DNA of 64,000 bases. Origin: Minisyncoccota bacterium. GTDB taxonomy: Bacteria; Patescibacteriota; Minisyncoccia; Phycocordibacterales; UBA9973. Under the pieces are notes generated by a model, which worked only from the letters and a program-made list of their open reading frames with translations, ran no database searches and was not told the DNA's origin. Shown piece after piece: positions 7,068-17,277 of this stretch (position 1 is its first letter; each line of letters begins with the position of its first letter). The stretch spans positions 102,685 to 166,684 of the forward strand of contig JBAYHW010000001.1 of NCBI GenBank assembly GCA_041665925.1, written 5' to 3'. The translations under genes and the position numbers were made by a program.

Positions 7068-9593
7068 ATGCAAAGATTGTTTAAAAATAACAAATTTCTG
7101 AAAAATGTCGTGCTTTTAGGAGCCGGTATTTTTATCCTAACTGTTGGAATATTTATTCTATGGCTGTCTTCTTTGCGTATTCCGGACTTTCGATCTTTTG
7201 AGGACAGAAAAATTGTTAATTCTACCCAAATTTATGACCGCACTGGAGAAATTCTGCTTTATGACATACATCAAGATATAAAAAGAACCGATATACCTTT
7301 TGAAAAAATGAGCCCCAATGTTAGAAATGCCACAGTGGCTATTGAAGATTCTGAATTTTATAGTCATGGTGGAATTAGGCTTACCTCTATTGTCAGAGCC
7401 GTACTTTCTAATATTCTAGGTGGAAAAACTCAAGGGGGGTCTACTATAACTCAACAACTAGTTAAAAACACCCTCCTAACCCCCAGTCGCGGACTTGCAA
7501 AATACGTGAGAAAAGCAAAAGAATGGGTTCTGGCTGTAAAAATAGATAACTCCACCCCAAAAGATAAAATCTTGGAATATTATTTAAATGAAGTTCCTTA
7601 TGGTGGAAATGTTTATGGTATAGAAGCCGCAAGTAAAACTTATTTTGGTAAAAGTGCATTAGATCTGACCTTGGCTGAAGCCGCTTATTTAGCCTCGATG
7701 CCTCAATCTCCGACAACACTTTCTCCTTATGGAAAAAATAAAGACAAGCTGGAGGCCAGAAAAAGTTTAGTCTTATCTAGAATGCTCGAGCTAAAATTCA
7801 TTACCAAGGAAGACTATGATATAGCTAAAAATGAAATTGTAACTTTCGTTCCTCAGGCTACACTAGGAATTAAAGCCCCGCATTTCGTTTTCTTTATTAA
7901 AGATTACTTAGAAACGAAATATGGAGCTGATGTGGTTGAGAATGGGGGGTTAAAAGTCACCACCACTCTCGACGTCACATTAGAAGAAAAAGCTGAACAG
8001 TTTGTGAAGGAAGGAGCACTTAAAAATGAAAAGGATTGGAACGGGAGCAACGCATCCTTGGTTGCGATAGATCCAAAAACAGGACAAATTTTATCAATGG
8101 TTGGCTCTAGGGATTATTTTGATAAAGCCATAGATGGAAATTTCAATGTAGCCACAGCATCCAGGCAGCCTGGGTCTTCTTTTAAGCCATTCATTTACGC
8201 CACAGCCTTCAATAAGGGCTTTACCCCCGACACAGTACTATTTGACCTACCGACAGAATTTCAAACAACCTGCGACCCTTCTGGTAGAGCACTCCCCGGT
8301 CACTCACAGAAAGATTGTTATATGCCCCAAAATTATGACGGAAAAACTAGGGGCCCAATGAGTTTAAAAGATGCCCTAGCTCAATCCATCAACATAATAG
8401 CTGTAAAATTATTTTACTTAGCTGGACTCCCAGACTCATTAAAAACAGCAGAGAGTATGGGCATTAGCACCTTGGGAGACATTGGAAGATACGGGCTTAC
8501 GCTGGTTATCGGAGGTGGTGAAGTTTCTCTTTTGGATATAACTTCCGCTTATGGTGTTTTTGCTAATAATGGAAATAAAAATTTATATACTGGAATTTTG
8601 AAAGTTGAGACCGCTACTGGAAAAATTTTAGAAGAATATCAGCCAAATACCGAACATGAAGTTATTCCCAAAAACACCGCTTTAATGATTTCCGACATCC
8701 TTTCAGATAACAAAGCTCGTATCCCAACCTTTGGAGTAAGTTCTTCACTTAATGTATATGGCAAAACTGTAGCCGTAAAAACAGGAACAACGAACAATAA
8801 CAAAGATGCTTGGATCATAGGCTACACCCCATCACTAGTAGCGGGGGTTTGGGCTGGTAACAATGACAACACCCCAATGAAAAAAGGAGGTGCTGCGGTT
8901 GCCGGTCCCATTTGGAATAAATTTATGAACGAAGCTCTAAAAAATTTCCCGAACGAAAGCTTTGAAAAACCAGATCTAACGGTGGACCCAACTGTCGTGA
9001 AACCCGTTCTGCGTGGTTTCTGGCAAGGAAACGAGAGTTTCTTTGTTGATAAAATTTCAGGTCTTTTGGCTACAGAAAACACTCCCAAGGAGACCCTACA
9101 AGAAAAAGTAATAACAAATGTTCACACTATTCTATACTGGGTTGATAGAAATAATATCTTGGGGCCGGCCCCCACAAATCCTAGTGCTAATAGGCAATTT
9201 GATAACTGGGAAGTCCCTGTACAAAAATGGTGGGCTCAAAATAAAAGCAAATATCCTGTGGTGTCTTGGGGAGATAAACCTACTGGAGTAGACAATATTC
9301 ACACAACATCCTCTGGTCCATCGGTATCAATCATTGAACCCAAGGATGGCACCATTTATCCCCCAAATCAAAGAATTTATTTAAAGATAAATAACTCCAG
9401 CATTTTACCAATACAGAAAATAGATATTTTTATAAATGATGTGTATATGGAAACAAACTACCCACCATTTAACTTCTCTGTGGTGCCCTCTGAGCTGGAA
9501 AACCTACAAGGTGAAAATGTATTAAAAATAATTGCTTACGATACAGCGTATAATAAAAAGGAGTCCTCTGTAACATTTCGGGTGGGACAATAG
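7068..9593 (+). CDS. Class A penicillin-binding protein (transglycosylase plus transpeptidase, PBP1A-like) with a ~200-aa C-terminal extension
   Basis: The GT51 motifs (EDSEFYSHGG, GGSTITQQLVKN) and transpeptidase motifs (SxxK in ASRQPGSSFKP, the SLN-like motif, and KTGT) are present. The internal ATG at 7068 is preferred over the ORF-track start at 6978, which overlaps tyrS. Confidence 0.85.
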   Translation: MQRLFKNNKFLKNVVLLGAGIFILTVGIFILWLSSLRIPDFRSFEDRKIVNSTQIYDRTGEILLYDIHQDIKRTDIPFEKMSPNVRNATVAIEDSEFYSHGGIRLTSIVRAVLSNILGGKTQGGSTITQQLVKNTLLTPSRGLAKYVRKAKEWVLAVKIDNSTPKDKILEYYLNEVPYGGNVYGIEAASKTYFGKSALDLTLAEAAYLASMPQSPTTLSPYGKNKDKLEARKSLVLSRMLELKFITKEDYDIAKNEIVTFVPQATLGIKAPHFVFFIKDYLETKYGADVVENGGLKVTTTLDVTLEEKAEQFVKEGALKNEKDWNGSNASLVAIDPKTGQILSMVGSRDYFDKAIDGNFNVATASRQPGSSFKPFIYATAFNKGFTPDTVLFDLPTEFQTTCDPSGRALPGHSQKDCYMPQNYDGKTRGPMSLKDALAQSINIIAVKLFYLAGLPDSLKTAESMGISTLGDIGRYGLTLVIGGGEVSLLDITSAYGVFANNGNKNLYTGILKVETATGKILEEYQPNTEHEVIPKNTALMISDILSDNKARIPTFGVSSSLNVYGKTVAVKTGTTNNNKDAWIIGYTPSLVAGVWAGNNDNTPMKKGGAAVAGPIWNKFMNEALKNFPNESFEKPDLTVDPTVVKPVLRGFWQGNESFFVDKISGLLATENTPKETLQEKVITNVHTILYWVDRNNILGPAPTNPSANRQFDNWEVPVQKWWAQNKSKYPVVSWGDKPTGVDNIHTTSSGPSVSIIEPKDGTIYPPNQRIYLKINNSSILPIQKIDIFINDVYMETNYPPFNFSVVPSELENLQGENVLKIIAYDTAYNKKESSVTFRVGQ

Positions 9594-9851
9594 TTATCTG
9601 ATATTTTGTGGTACTTTATTCCCAAAAACTTCTTTAAGTTTGAGAAAAATTTCTTCTTGTTTCATAAAAACCTCATTCTTGTAGATTGGTTTAATGTTTA
9701 AGTAGATAACTCCGTTTTTTGTTTTTATTTCTTCTTTTTTTATTTCTATTTTAATAATTTCAGATATGACTTGCCGAACAGTCTCTCTTTTACCTTCCTC
9801 GGAGATTAAAATTTTATCAAACCTACTCAGTAAATCTTTAATTTCAATCAT
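9594..9851 (-). CDS. Small conserved protein between the PBP gene and dnaN (DUF721-like, dnaN/recF-associated)
   Basis: An 85-aa ORF in the position occupied by small RNA-binding or DUF721 proteins next to dnaN. The call rests on context. Confidence 0.35.
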   Translation of the reverse strand: MIEIKDLLSRFDKILISEEGKRETVRQVISEIIKIEIKKEEIKTKNGVIYLNIKPIYKNEVFMKQEEIFLKLKEVFGNKVPQNIR

Positions 9852-9856
9852 TGAGA

Positions 9857-10954
9857 TTATCTATTCATTGGCATTATAAGATAAGTAAAAGAAGAATCGG
9901 AAACTGGAGAAATAACTATGGGTCTAGATGGCCCTGAGAGTTTAATAGAAACGCTATCTGTGGTAATAGACTGGAAGCAGTCTAAAAAATATTTATAATT
10001 GAAAGAAAGCTCTGCGTTTTCTCCACTTACCACTGCATCTAAATTGGTTTTGTTTTCCCCTATATCATTATTTGAAGAAGAAAGTTCAAAAACTTTATCT
10101 TTCGGAGCAACCCTTAAATTAACTTGATTAAATTTATCGGAAAAGACATTAGAGAGCTTGAGGGCGTTCAGTAAATCTTGTTTTAACACCACAACATCAG
10201 TACTAAAATCTTTTGGAATAATCTGGCGGTAGTCTGGGAAAATCCCATCAATTATTCTTGAGGTTAGGTAAATACTGTCTGAAGAAAAGGATATTTGGTT
10301 TTTATTAAAGCAAACCTTTATACTACCCTGAAGCTCCCCGAAAATTCTTAAAATTTCCCCTATATTTTTAAATGGAATTAAAATCCCCAATATTTCTTCA
10401 AGACCTTTAACTTTTACCTTTTTCTCTGCGAGGCGAAAAGAGTCTGTGGAAACAAAAACCAATACATCGTCTTTTGTATACATAAATACACTAGATATTT
10501 CAGGCTTAATATCTGAAACAGATGATGCATAAAAAACAGCTTTAACCCCTTCTATTAACTTTTTAGTTTCTATATCGAAGCTTTTTCCGGAAACAATAGG
10601 TATGGTTGGGAAATCGTCGTGTGGTTGGCATTTTAGTTTTATTTGACTCTTTTTGGTTTTAACTAAAAGGTTACCGTCCTTGTTTTCCAGAAACACACTG
10701 TCGTTTTGAGAAACATTAGAAAAAACAGCGTTCAAAACAGTTCCGGAAATAGCCACAATCCCCTCCTTTTCAACTTTAGATGGAATTTCTATTTCTATCC
10801 CTAAACTTAAGTTTGTAGATCGTAATTTTAAAGATTTTCCAGAAGCTATTAACAAAATCGAATTAAGAATAGGGAGGGTTAGGTTTTTACCAGTTATTCT
10901 CTCTACTTGAGATATTGCGTTTTTTAATTTTTCAACCGAGCATTCTATTTTCAT
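9857..10954 (-). CDS. dnaN: DNA polymerase III beta sliding clamp
   Basis: The sequence MKIECSVEKLKNAISQVERITGK... is 365 aa and sits immediately downstream of dnaA. Confidence 0.9.
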   Translation of the reverse strand: MKIECSVEKLKNAISQVERITGKNLTLPILNSILLIASGKSLKLRSTNLSLGIEIEIPSKVEKEGIVAISGTVLNAVFSNVSQNDSVFLENKDGNLLVKTKKSQIKLKCQPHDDFPTIPIVSGKSFDIETKKLIEGVKAVFYASSVSDIKPEISSVFMYTKDDVLVFVSTDSFRLAEKKVKVKGLEEILGILIPFKNIGEILRIFGELQGSIKVCFNKNQISFSSDSIYLTSRIIDGIFPDYRQIIPKDFSTDVVVLKQDLLNALKLSNVFSDKFNQVNLRVAPKDKVFELSSSNNDIGENKTNLDAVVSGENAELSFNYKYFLDCFQSITTDSVSIKLSGPSRPIVISPVSDSSFTYLIMPMNR

Positions 10955-11195
10955 ATATTTGTTTATAACTTATATATATATAAATTATTAGTAATATTAG
11001 TGGTGTTGATAAGTGGATAAGTTTTTATAGTGTATGTTGTAAAGATATTTTTTTGTTATTGTTTTTCTTTTATACTTAATAAAGTTTCTTTACTTTTTAT
11101 AATTTACTTTTCTTAATATCAACTTAACTTCCTTTACTTTCTTATCAACAGTTTATTTTTTTATTTCCACAGACCTTTACTATGGTTATCAACAC
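10955..11195. promoter_or_regulatory. Candidate oriC segment: a very AT-rich dnaA-dnaN intergenic region with DnaA-box-like 9-mers
   Basis: TGTTGATAA lies at 11005-11013 with AGTGGATAA adjacent at 11013-11021. TTATCAACA lies at 11142-11150 and 11186-11194. Long A/T tracts are present. A further box, TGTTGATAA, lies at 12593-12601 upstream of dnaA. Confidence 0.55.
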
Positions 11196-12536
11196 CTATT
11201 TAAACATAATTCTTATTTGTTCTAGTTCTTGTAAAAGTTGTGGGTCGTTTTTTAAATCCATTTTAATTTTTAAACAAGAGTGAATTACTGTCGTATGATC
11301 TTTTCCTCCTAATTTCTGGCCGATTAATGGGTAAGAAACATTAAAATCCTCTCGGAGAAGATACATCACCACTTGTCGTGCCTTTACAATTTCTTTTTTC
11401 CTGGTTTTTTCATATACCGATGCTTCTTCTAGTTTGTAATATTCACTTACAATTTTTACAACATCTTTTATGGCCATATTCTTCTTTGGGCGCATGTTGT
11501 TTTTTAATAGGTTTTTGACTTCCATAAGGTTTAGGGGCTTATTTTTCAAGCGATATTGCATGACAATTAGATTCAAACTACCCTCCAATTCACGGATATT
11601 GCCCTGCACAGCACTAGCCACATACTCCACCAGCTCTGGTTCTAATTCAATATTTAACTCGTTTAATTTCACCTTTAGGATTGCAAGGCGGGATTCATAT
11701 TCTGGTTCGGAAATGTCTACTATCATACCAGCAGCAAAACGAGACTTTAGGCGATCGGCGAGTTCTGGGATGTAATTTGGGTGTTTGTCAGAGGAAAAGA
11801 TAATCTGTTTATTGTTCTCATGGAAGGTGTTGAAGGTGTGGAAGAGTTCTTCTTGTATTTTTTCCATCTTACCAATGAATTGGATGTCATCTATGATTAA
11901 AAGATCATATTTCCTGTATTTTTCTTTGAAAGAATTTGCTTTATTCCCCTGCAAAGAGCTCACAAAATCTGTCGCAAACTTTTCTAGGGTCATATAATGC
12001 ACCTTTTTATTGGGGTATTTTTCTTTTATAGCATTCCCAACAGCTTGGATCATGTGTGTTTTCCCAAGTCCTGTTCCTCCATAAATAAAAAATGGGTTAT
12101 ATTTAGTTCCCGGAGATTCTATTATGGCTTGAGAAGCAGCATAAGCGAGTTCGTTGAATGTTCCCACGATAAATGAATTGAAATGATAGCGGGGGTTTAG
12201 GTTGTCTTCAGGATTGATGTACAAATCCTTCAAAGGTAGCTCTTTTTCGGCGGTTTCGCTGGGGTTTGGGATCTCCTGCTTGGTGTTTTCTATTTTAGTT
12301 ATAGTGTATTCCACCGCTCGCATGTTTTCATAGGCGTCGGCGATGGTTTTGGTGATTAATTTATGATATTTGTTTTGTAACCAGTCACGGACAAACTCAT
12401 TTGGAACACCAATATATATAATTCCCGTATCTTCCCTAACAATAGAGGTATTTTTGAACCAGGTGCTGAAGTTTGCTTTTGATATACCAGTCTCTATTTC
12501 TTCTAGACAGCTTTTCCACAACTGTTTTGTATTCAT
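11196..12536 (-). CDS. dnaA: Chromosomal replication initiator DnaA
   Basis: Has the AAA+ Walker A GTGLGKTH, sensor motifs, and the C-terminal DnaA-box-binding domain over 446 aa. Confidence 0.95.
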   Translation of the reverse strand: MNTKQLWKSCLEEIETGISKANFSTWFKNTSIVREDTGIIYIGVPNEFVRDWLQNKYHKLITKTIADAYENMRAVEYTITKIENTKQEIPNPSETAEKELPLKDLYINPEDNLNPRYHFNSFIVGTFNELAYAASQAIIESPGTKYNPFFIYGGTGLGKTHMIQAVGNAIKEKYPNKKVHYMTLEKFATDFVSSLQGNKANSFKEKYRKYDLLIIDDIQFIGKMEKIQEELFHTFNTFHENNKQIIFSSDKHPNYIPELADRLKSRFAAGMIVDISEPEYESRLAILKVKLNELNIELEPELVEYVASAVQGNIRELEGSLNLIVMQYRLKNKPLNLMEVKNLLKNNMRPKKNMAIKDVVKIVSEYYKLEEASVYEKTRKKEIVKARQVVMYLLREDFNVSYPLIGQKLGGKDHTTVIHSCLKIKMDLKNDPQLLQELEQIRIMFK

Positions 12537-12673
12537 AGTTTCATATTATACTATTTATGGAATGGCCGTCACCTTGAAAAACTTATTAACTGTGTTGATA
12601 AGATGTGCAAAACTTTTTTACAATTGTTTTTCTGGGTTTGATTTATTCTTTAAAATATTATAGACTCTAGTAT

Positions 12674-12808
12674 ATGTCATTTACATACCAACCTAAAAAA
12701 AGAAAACGAGCAAAATCTCATGGATTTTTAGTTAGATCTAGGACAAAGACCGGCAAAAAGGTTTTAGCTCGAAGACGACAAAAAGGCCGCAAGAAACTAT
12801 CCGTTTAG
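12674..12808 (+). CDS. rpmH: 50S ribosomal protein L34
   Basis: The 44-aa protein [44 protein letters not shown] is not in the ORF track because it is under 60 aa. Confidence 0.9.
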   Translation: MSFTYQPKKRKRAKSHGFLVRSRTKTGKKVLARRRQKGRKKLSV

Positions 12809-12818
12809 TATCTTTTAA

Positions 12819-13142
12819 ATGCTCCCTAAAAAAAATAGAGCCGATAAAAAGGCTATCGAGAAGATCTTTAAAGAAGGAATTTTTTTAAATTCCCCACATT
12901 TAACCTTTAGATTTATAAAAACTCGAAATAAAGATAGAAAAATCTCTTTTATTGTTCCTAAAAGTGTAGCCAAGCTTGCAGTTAAGAGAAATTTATTAAG
13001 ACGGCGTGGGTACGGGGCTCTAGAGAAAGTTATAGACACTTCCCCCATTGGTCTTGTCGGGGCTTTTATTTTTAATAAATATCAAAATGATATTTCAATT
13101 CTAGAAAATGAAATTAAAAACATTCTTTCTAAAATTAATTAA
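12819..13142 (+). CDS. rnpA: RNase P protein component
   Basis: A 107-aa basic protein directly after rpmH with the RnpA-like core FRFIKTRNK...LLRRRG. Confidence 0.8.
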   Translation: MLPKKNRADKKAIEKIFKEGIFLNSPHLTFRFIKTRNKDRKISFIVPKSVAKLAVKRNLLRRRGYGALEKVIDTSPIGLVGAFIFNKYQNDISILENEIKNILSKIN

Positions 13143-13323
13143 TTTTTATCAAAAGAACATCTCTGTCCTTAAAAAGCCGAGTTGTGTTTTTTACCCCACC
13201 TGTTCCGAATACACCAAGCAGGCCATAGAAAAATACGGAGTTCTAAAAGGAATTTTTTTAGGATTTTTGCGCATATTGCGTTGTCACCCTTGGCAGAAAA
13301 ATCATATCGATCCCTTAAAGTAA
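13108..13323 (+). CDS. yidD: Membrane protein insertion efficiency factor YidD
   Basis: A 71-aa protein with the conserved CxxxPTCSEY motif and RCHPW motif, overlapping the rnpA 3' end as is typical. Confidence 0.85.
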   Translation: MKLKTFFLKLINFYQKNISVLKKPSCVFYPTCSEYTKQAIEKYGVLKGIFLGFLRILRCHPWQKNHIDPLK

Positions 13324-13359
13324 GTTGGACTTTTTGCTGTTTTAAGCTAAGATAAGATT

Positions 13360-14085
13360 ATGCTTCATAGTATTTGGAATGCTGTTTTATATCAGCCATT
13401 AATTAACGCACTCGCTTTTCTCGTCTCAGTTATTCCAGGAGGAGACATCGGAGTGGCTGTTATTTTACTTACCATTCTTGTTAAAGTTCTACTCTTCCCA
13501 CTTTCTCAGAAATCCATTGAAAGTCAGGCTCAAATGAATATTTTAGCTCCAGAGCTTAATAAAATTAAGGCTAGTGGGGCTAGTAAAGAAGAGCAAGCAA
13601 GACTTACATTTGAACTGTATAAAACACATAAAACCAACCCATTCTCAGGATGTTTGTTGGTTTTAATACAAATCCCAATAATTTTTGCTCTATATTATGT
13701 ATTTTATAAAGGCATAAATTTTGAAAGTGGTTTACTTTATTCTTTTATAAAAGGTCCTGAAAATTTAAACATGATGTTTTTGGGAATTTTAGATATAAGC
13801 CAGAAGAGTATTATCCTGGCTGTTTTAGCTGGAGTTTCTCAATACCTACAAGCACACTATATGCCAAAGCCAGCACTATCTACAAACGCTACACCATCTT
13901 TTCAGGAAAGCTTTGCAAAAAGTATGAATATGCAGATGAAATACGTTTTCCCATTCTTAATCGCCTTTATTGCTTATAGCATCTCTGGAGCTGTGGCCTT
14001 GTATTGGATTACCAGCAATCTGTTTATGGTGGCACAACAAATTTACATTAAAAAGAAAGAATTCCCTACATTGGTTATAAAGTAG
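13360..14085 (+). CDS. yidC: Membrane protein insertase YidC (short, Gram-positive/CPR-type)
   Basis: A 241-aa multi-TM protein in the rnpA-yidD-yidC-jag context with the conserved YidC core. Confidence 0.8.
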   Translation: MLHSIWNAVLYQPLINALAFLVSVIPGGDIGVAVILLTILVKVLLFPLSQKSIESQAQMNILAPELNKIKASGASKEEQARLTFELYKTHKTNPFSGCLLVLIQIPIIFALYYVFYKGINFESGLLYSFIKGPENLNMMFLGILDISQKSIILAVLAGVSQYLQAHYMPKPALSTNATPSFQESFAKSMNMQMKYVFPFLIAFIAYSISGAVALYWITSNLFMVAQQIYIKKKEFPTLVIK

Positions 14086-14098
14086 AAAGTGAGAAAAA

Positions 14099-14575
14099 AT
14101 GAAAAAAGATGAAATTCAAAATTTAATCAAAGAACTTGTCGGGAAGACTACAGTAAAAGTTAATGAAATTTCTGTTGTTGAAGAAGGTCCCAAAAATATG
14201 TGGATTTCTGTACAAGTTGGCGAGCCACATTTTTTCATTTCCAACGAAGGAGAAGGTTTGCACGCCTTGAATCACCTAGTGCATCGAATCATTGAATCTA
14301 AGACAATCCGAACAGAAGAAGTTACCCCGGGGTTAGGCATCCTCATTGATATAAACGGTTTTCAAAAGAAACACATTGACAACATAAGAGCCGTTGCTCA
14401 CATGATGTCAGAGCGTGCAAGATACTTTAAGTCCAACATAGAAGTTGACCCTATGTCAGCTTTTGAGCGCAGAATAGTCCACGAGTTTCTGTCTGAGGCT
14501 CACGACTTAAAAACAGAATCTGTGGGTGAAGGGCGTTCTCGCCGAGTAGTAATTAAATACGTAGGATCTATTTAA
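14099..14575 (+). CDS. jag: Jag/KhpB RNA-binding protein (KH plus R3H domains)
   Basis: Carries the R3H motif RRIVHEFLSE and sits in the conserved position after yidC. Confidence 0.75.
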   Translation: MKKDEIQNLIKELVGKTTVKVNEISVVEEGPKNMWISVQVGEPHFFISNEGEGLHALNHLVHRIIESKTIRTEEVTPGLGILIDINGFQKKHIDNIRAVAHMMSERARYFKSNIEVDPMSAFERRIVHEFLSEAHDLKTESVGEGRSRRVVIKYVGSI

Positions 14576-15929
14576 GCCCTAGTTCCCAAAGAAAAGAGTC
14601 TTTTTTATTTACAAAAAATAGGTAATTTTCTTCTGCGTCTAACATAAGTTTGATACCATCGATATCTTCTCCACCCACGACAGTAGCTGGGTCAGCAATC
14701 ATCGTGGATGTACCAGTTGCAAGGTCTATTTTCCAGATTTGGTCTGAGAAAGATACTTCTCCTTGATACCAGGAGTCAGGATATGTTCCTGAAGGGGTGG
14801 AAGTAGGTACCGCACAGTATAGAATATCGCTTACACTACCCCAGACACACTTCTCGGGGAGTGTTCTTACCCCTACGGAATCAGAAACCTTGGTATCGGT
14901 GTGATATACCCCAAGAGATAAACCACTGTCACCATAGAGCACCAGCTTGCCACTAGGGCTCATTAAAGTAGTTAGTCCTCTTATGTTGCCTAAGACTTGA
15001 GTCATTAAACCTTTACCACTAGTGTCTACAGAATACATATATCCAGGTACAGAAGATGCTGGTTTGGTGGTGAGGGTAATAATTTTATTATTTGGGTATA
15101 AAGATAGCCATTCGGTGAATTGAGAAACAAATACTTGAACTTTTTTATTATTTGTTAAGTTCAGTGTCGCCCCGACTGCATTTTCTTTTACATTAAATAA
15201 ATAAAATAAACCAGAACCATCTCCAAGCAAACTTACATCCTTGACGTCTTCTGGCAAAAAAGCACCCTTTATCTCATTATTCTCAGTTGTGTCTCCTCCA
15301 AGGAGTTCTTCGGGTAAATTGCCGACGAAGGTAATGATGGTTTTATCATCGCCCTTTAAATATCTCATTATTACAGAATTTCCTTTGTTGCCGAAGAGGG
15401 CCTCATAAACCTTCGGTATCGTAGTCGTAGAAAATTTTCTTTCTTGAATTTTATCGGCAAAAGTTTGATAAACATTTCCTGTGGCTCTGTCTACATAGCG
15501 TAAAGCTGAAACAAATTCAGTTAATGGTGGAGTTGGTTTTGCTGTTTCGGTAGCTGCTTTCGTTGTTGGCGGAGTTTCTTCTGTTGTTGTTTCTGCGGGA
15601 GGAGTGGTAGTCACAGGAACAGGGACATCTACCAAGCGTTCCTTTTTATATACTGTGAAGCCAGCAATAGGCATACTCGAAACCTTTTTTAATTTTACTG
15701 CAAGAATGTCTGAGGGGTTTGGTTCATATCCGGAAATGTCCGTAGGGGGTGGAGGAGTGGTTGGTGGTTTTTTCCCACCATTTCCGAAGGGATTAAATTG
15801 GGAAAGAAAATTCGTCCCCTCACCTTCTTCTCCAGGAGGAATATTTCTTTGGGAAAACAAAAAAGCAAAAAATCCTACCAAGACTATGGCCAAGATTATT
15901 ATTAAAAGTATAAAATTTCTTTTTGACAT
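14568..15929 (-). CDS. Membrane-anchored secreted protein with a Pro/Thr-rich linker and a beta-propeller-like C-terminal domain. Last gene of the T4SS-like cluster.
   Basis: An N-terminal TM helix is followed by a PTTPPPPT / TTTPPAETTTEETPPTTK linker and repetitive beta-rich sequence. Confidence 0.4.
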   Translation of the reverse strand: MSKRNFILLIIILAIVLVGFFAFLFSQRNIPPGEEGEGTNFLSQFNPFGNGGKKPPTTPPPPTDISGYEPNPSDILAVKLKKVSSMPIAGFTVYKKERLVDVPVPVTTTPPAETTTEETPPTTKAATETAKPTPPLTEFVSALRYVDRATGNVYQTFADKIQERKFSTTTIPKVYEALFGNKGNSVIMRYLKGDDKTIITFVGNLPEELLGGDTTENNEIKGAFLPEDVKDVSLLGDGSGLFYLFNVKENAVGATLNLTNNKKVQVFVSQFTEWLSLYPNNKIITLTTKPASSVPGYMYSVDTSGKGLMTQVLGNIRGLTTLMSPSGKLVLYGDSGLSLGVYHTDTKVSDSVGVRTLPEKCVWGSVSDILYCAVPTSTPSGTYPDSWYQGEVSFSDQIWKIDLATGTSTMIADPATVVGGEDIDGIKLMLDAEENYLFFVNKKDSFLWELGLK

Positions 15930-15935
15930 AAAAAA

Positions 15936-17273
15936 TTATTTTAACCCCGCACAAGTTCCACTAGTTGAGTAGGATTCATTTGGTAATTTACTAAAATGCA
16001 TTGTGTCTTTTTTGCTTTTCCAATATCCACCCCAACCAAAACCTCTACTTGTGAACAATCTTACGAAAGCCGGAGGCATGTCTGTGGTGCAAGGGGTTAA
16101 GCTCGCAGCGTACGGATTTCTACTCGAATTTATATCAAGAGACAGTCCGAAAGCATGCCCAGAGGGCTGAGTAGAGCTTGTGGCATGCCTTGGATTATAG
16201 CTTCCAAGTTGTGTTATTGAATAAGCTCTTACTCGCGCATCTGTGGTTTTAAGCCTTTTCCAGTCAGCATCTATAGCTACAAGATCTTGAGCAATTGCTT
16301 TATTTACTCGCGCTGTTCCACCCAAAAAAGGAACAGATACTATTTCATCTTCAGCGCAAGAAGTAGCAGTTTGTCCGTTTACCATTGTTTTTTTACCGCA
16401 AATTACATTTGCTGCCTCTCCCGATAACTCTATTTCTGGACCTTCCGTAAATGTTACTCTTAGGGTTTCAGAAGTTAAACTTGATAAATCTGTGTTTAAT
16501 ATGTCTGGATTTATTTCATTTAATAAAGTCCAAGACCCGAGAGCGAGAACAAGACCAAAAATAGCATGAACTATCCTTTCCTTTCCGTGTTCTTTGTTGC
16601 CTGGCAGTTCACTGGTCATGTATTCTATGCCTCCGATGACAATCATAATCACAGCTAGGGCTGCGCAGATGCCGATAAACAGGGTTATCATTAAGTTTAA
16701 ATATTTACTCAAAGGGTAAGGCTCTTCTGCCGTTCCCACGGTGCTGAAAGTTTCTCCGAGTTGCGGTATTGGGGCAAGATATTTATAGGGGCTTAGAATT
16801 TTTACCGTTGCGTCTGCGTTTGCTGGTTCAGCAATATCAGCTAAAAACATACACCCACCAGCTGTTAAAATTTGAAGTTTCCAGTTACATACAGGGGGTG
16901 AGGTTACAAATATTCCACCACTTTTTTTACTGCATTCTTCTGCGGTAATTTTGTCTTCAGCAAGACGTGTCCCTTTAAGGTTATAACAATAACCCTCAAC
17001 AGAGGCGGTCTGTACTGGTGGGGCTGGGTTGGTTGCAGTATTGTATGCTGTCCAAGACACAAACTTAACATTATTTTGCTTAACGAAGTCATCACAACCT
17101 TGGCGTGTTTTTTGTTCCCACGAATGATTCAGCCTGTCTCCGCCTGGGTAGTTGTTATTAACCACGCAAGTACCCTTAGCTGGTTCAGCTGCGGCTGCGG
17201 TGTTTCTTGTTATTTGAGATGAAAACCCCATCAACACAATAAATATTAAAAAATACGTTAAAAGTTTTTTCAT
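15936..17273 (-). CDS. Cell-wall hydrolase: signal peptide, pilin-like double-TM segment, and a C-terminal peptidase M15 (VanY-like) domain
   Basis: The C-terminus has SGHAFGLSLDINSS and GFGWGGYWKSKKDTMHFS, the M15 zinc-peptidase motifs. The mid-region has two adjacent TM helices (LMITLFIGICAALAVIMIVIGGIEY and IVHAIFGLVLALGSWTLL). Confidence 0.6.
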   Translation of the reverse strand: MKKLLTYFLIFIVLMGFSSQITRNTAAAAEPAKGTCVVNNNYPGGDRLNHSWEQKTRQGCDDFVKQNNVKFVSWTAYNTATNPAPPVQTASVEGYCYNLKGTRLAEDKITAEECSKKSGGIFVTSPPVCNWKLQILTAGGCMFLADIAEPANADATVKILSPYKYLAPIPQLGETFSTVGTAEEPYPLSKYLNLMITLFIGICAALAVIMIVIGGIEYMTSELPGNKEHGKERIVHAIFGLVLALGSWTLLNEINPDILNTDLSSLTSETLRVTFTEGPEIELSGEAANVICGKKTMVNGQTATSCAEDEIVSVPFLGGTARVNKAIAQDLVAIDADWKRLKTTDARVRAYSITQLGSYNPRHATSSTQPSGHAFGLSLDINSSRNPYAASLTPCTTDMPPAFVRLFTSRGFGWGGYWKSKKDTMHFSKLPNESYSTSGTCAGLK

Positions 17274-17277
17274 ATTT

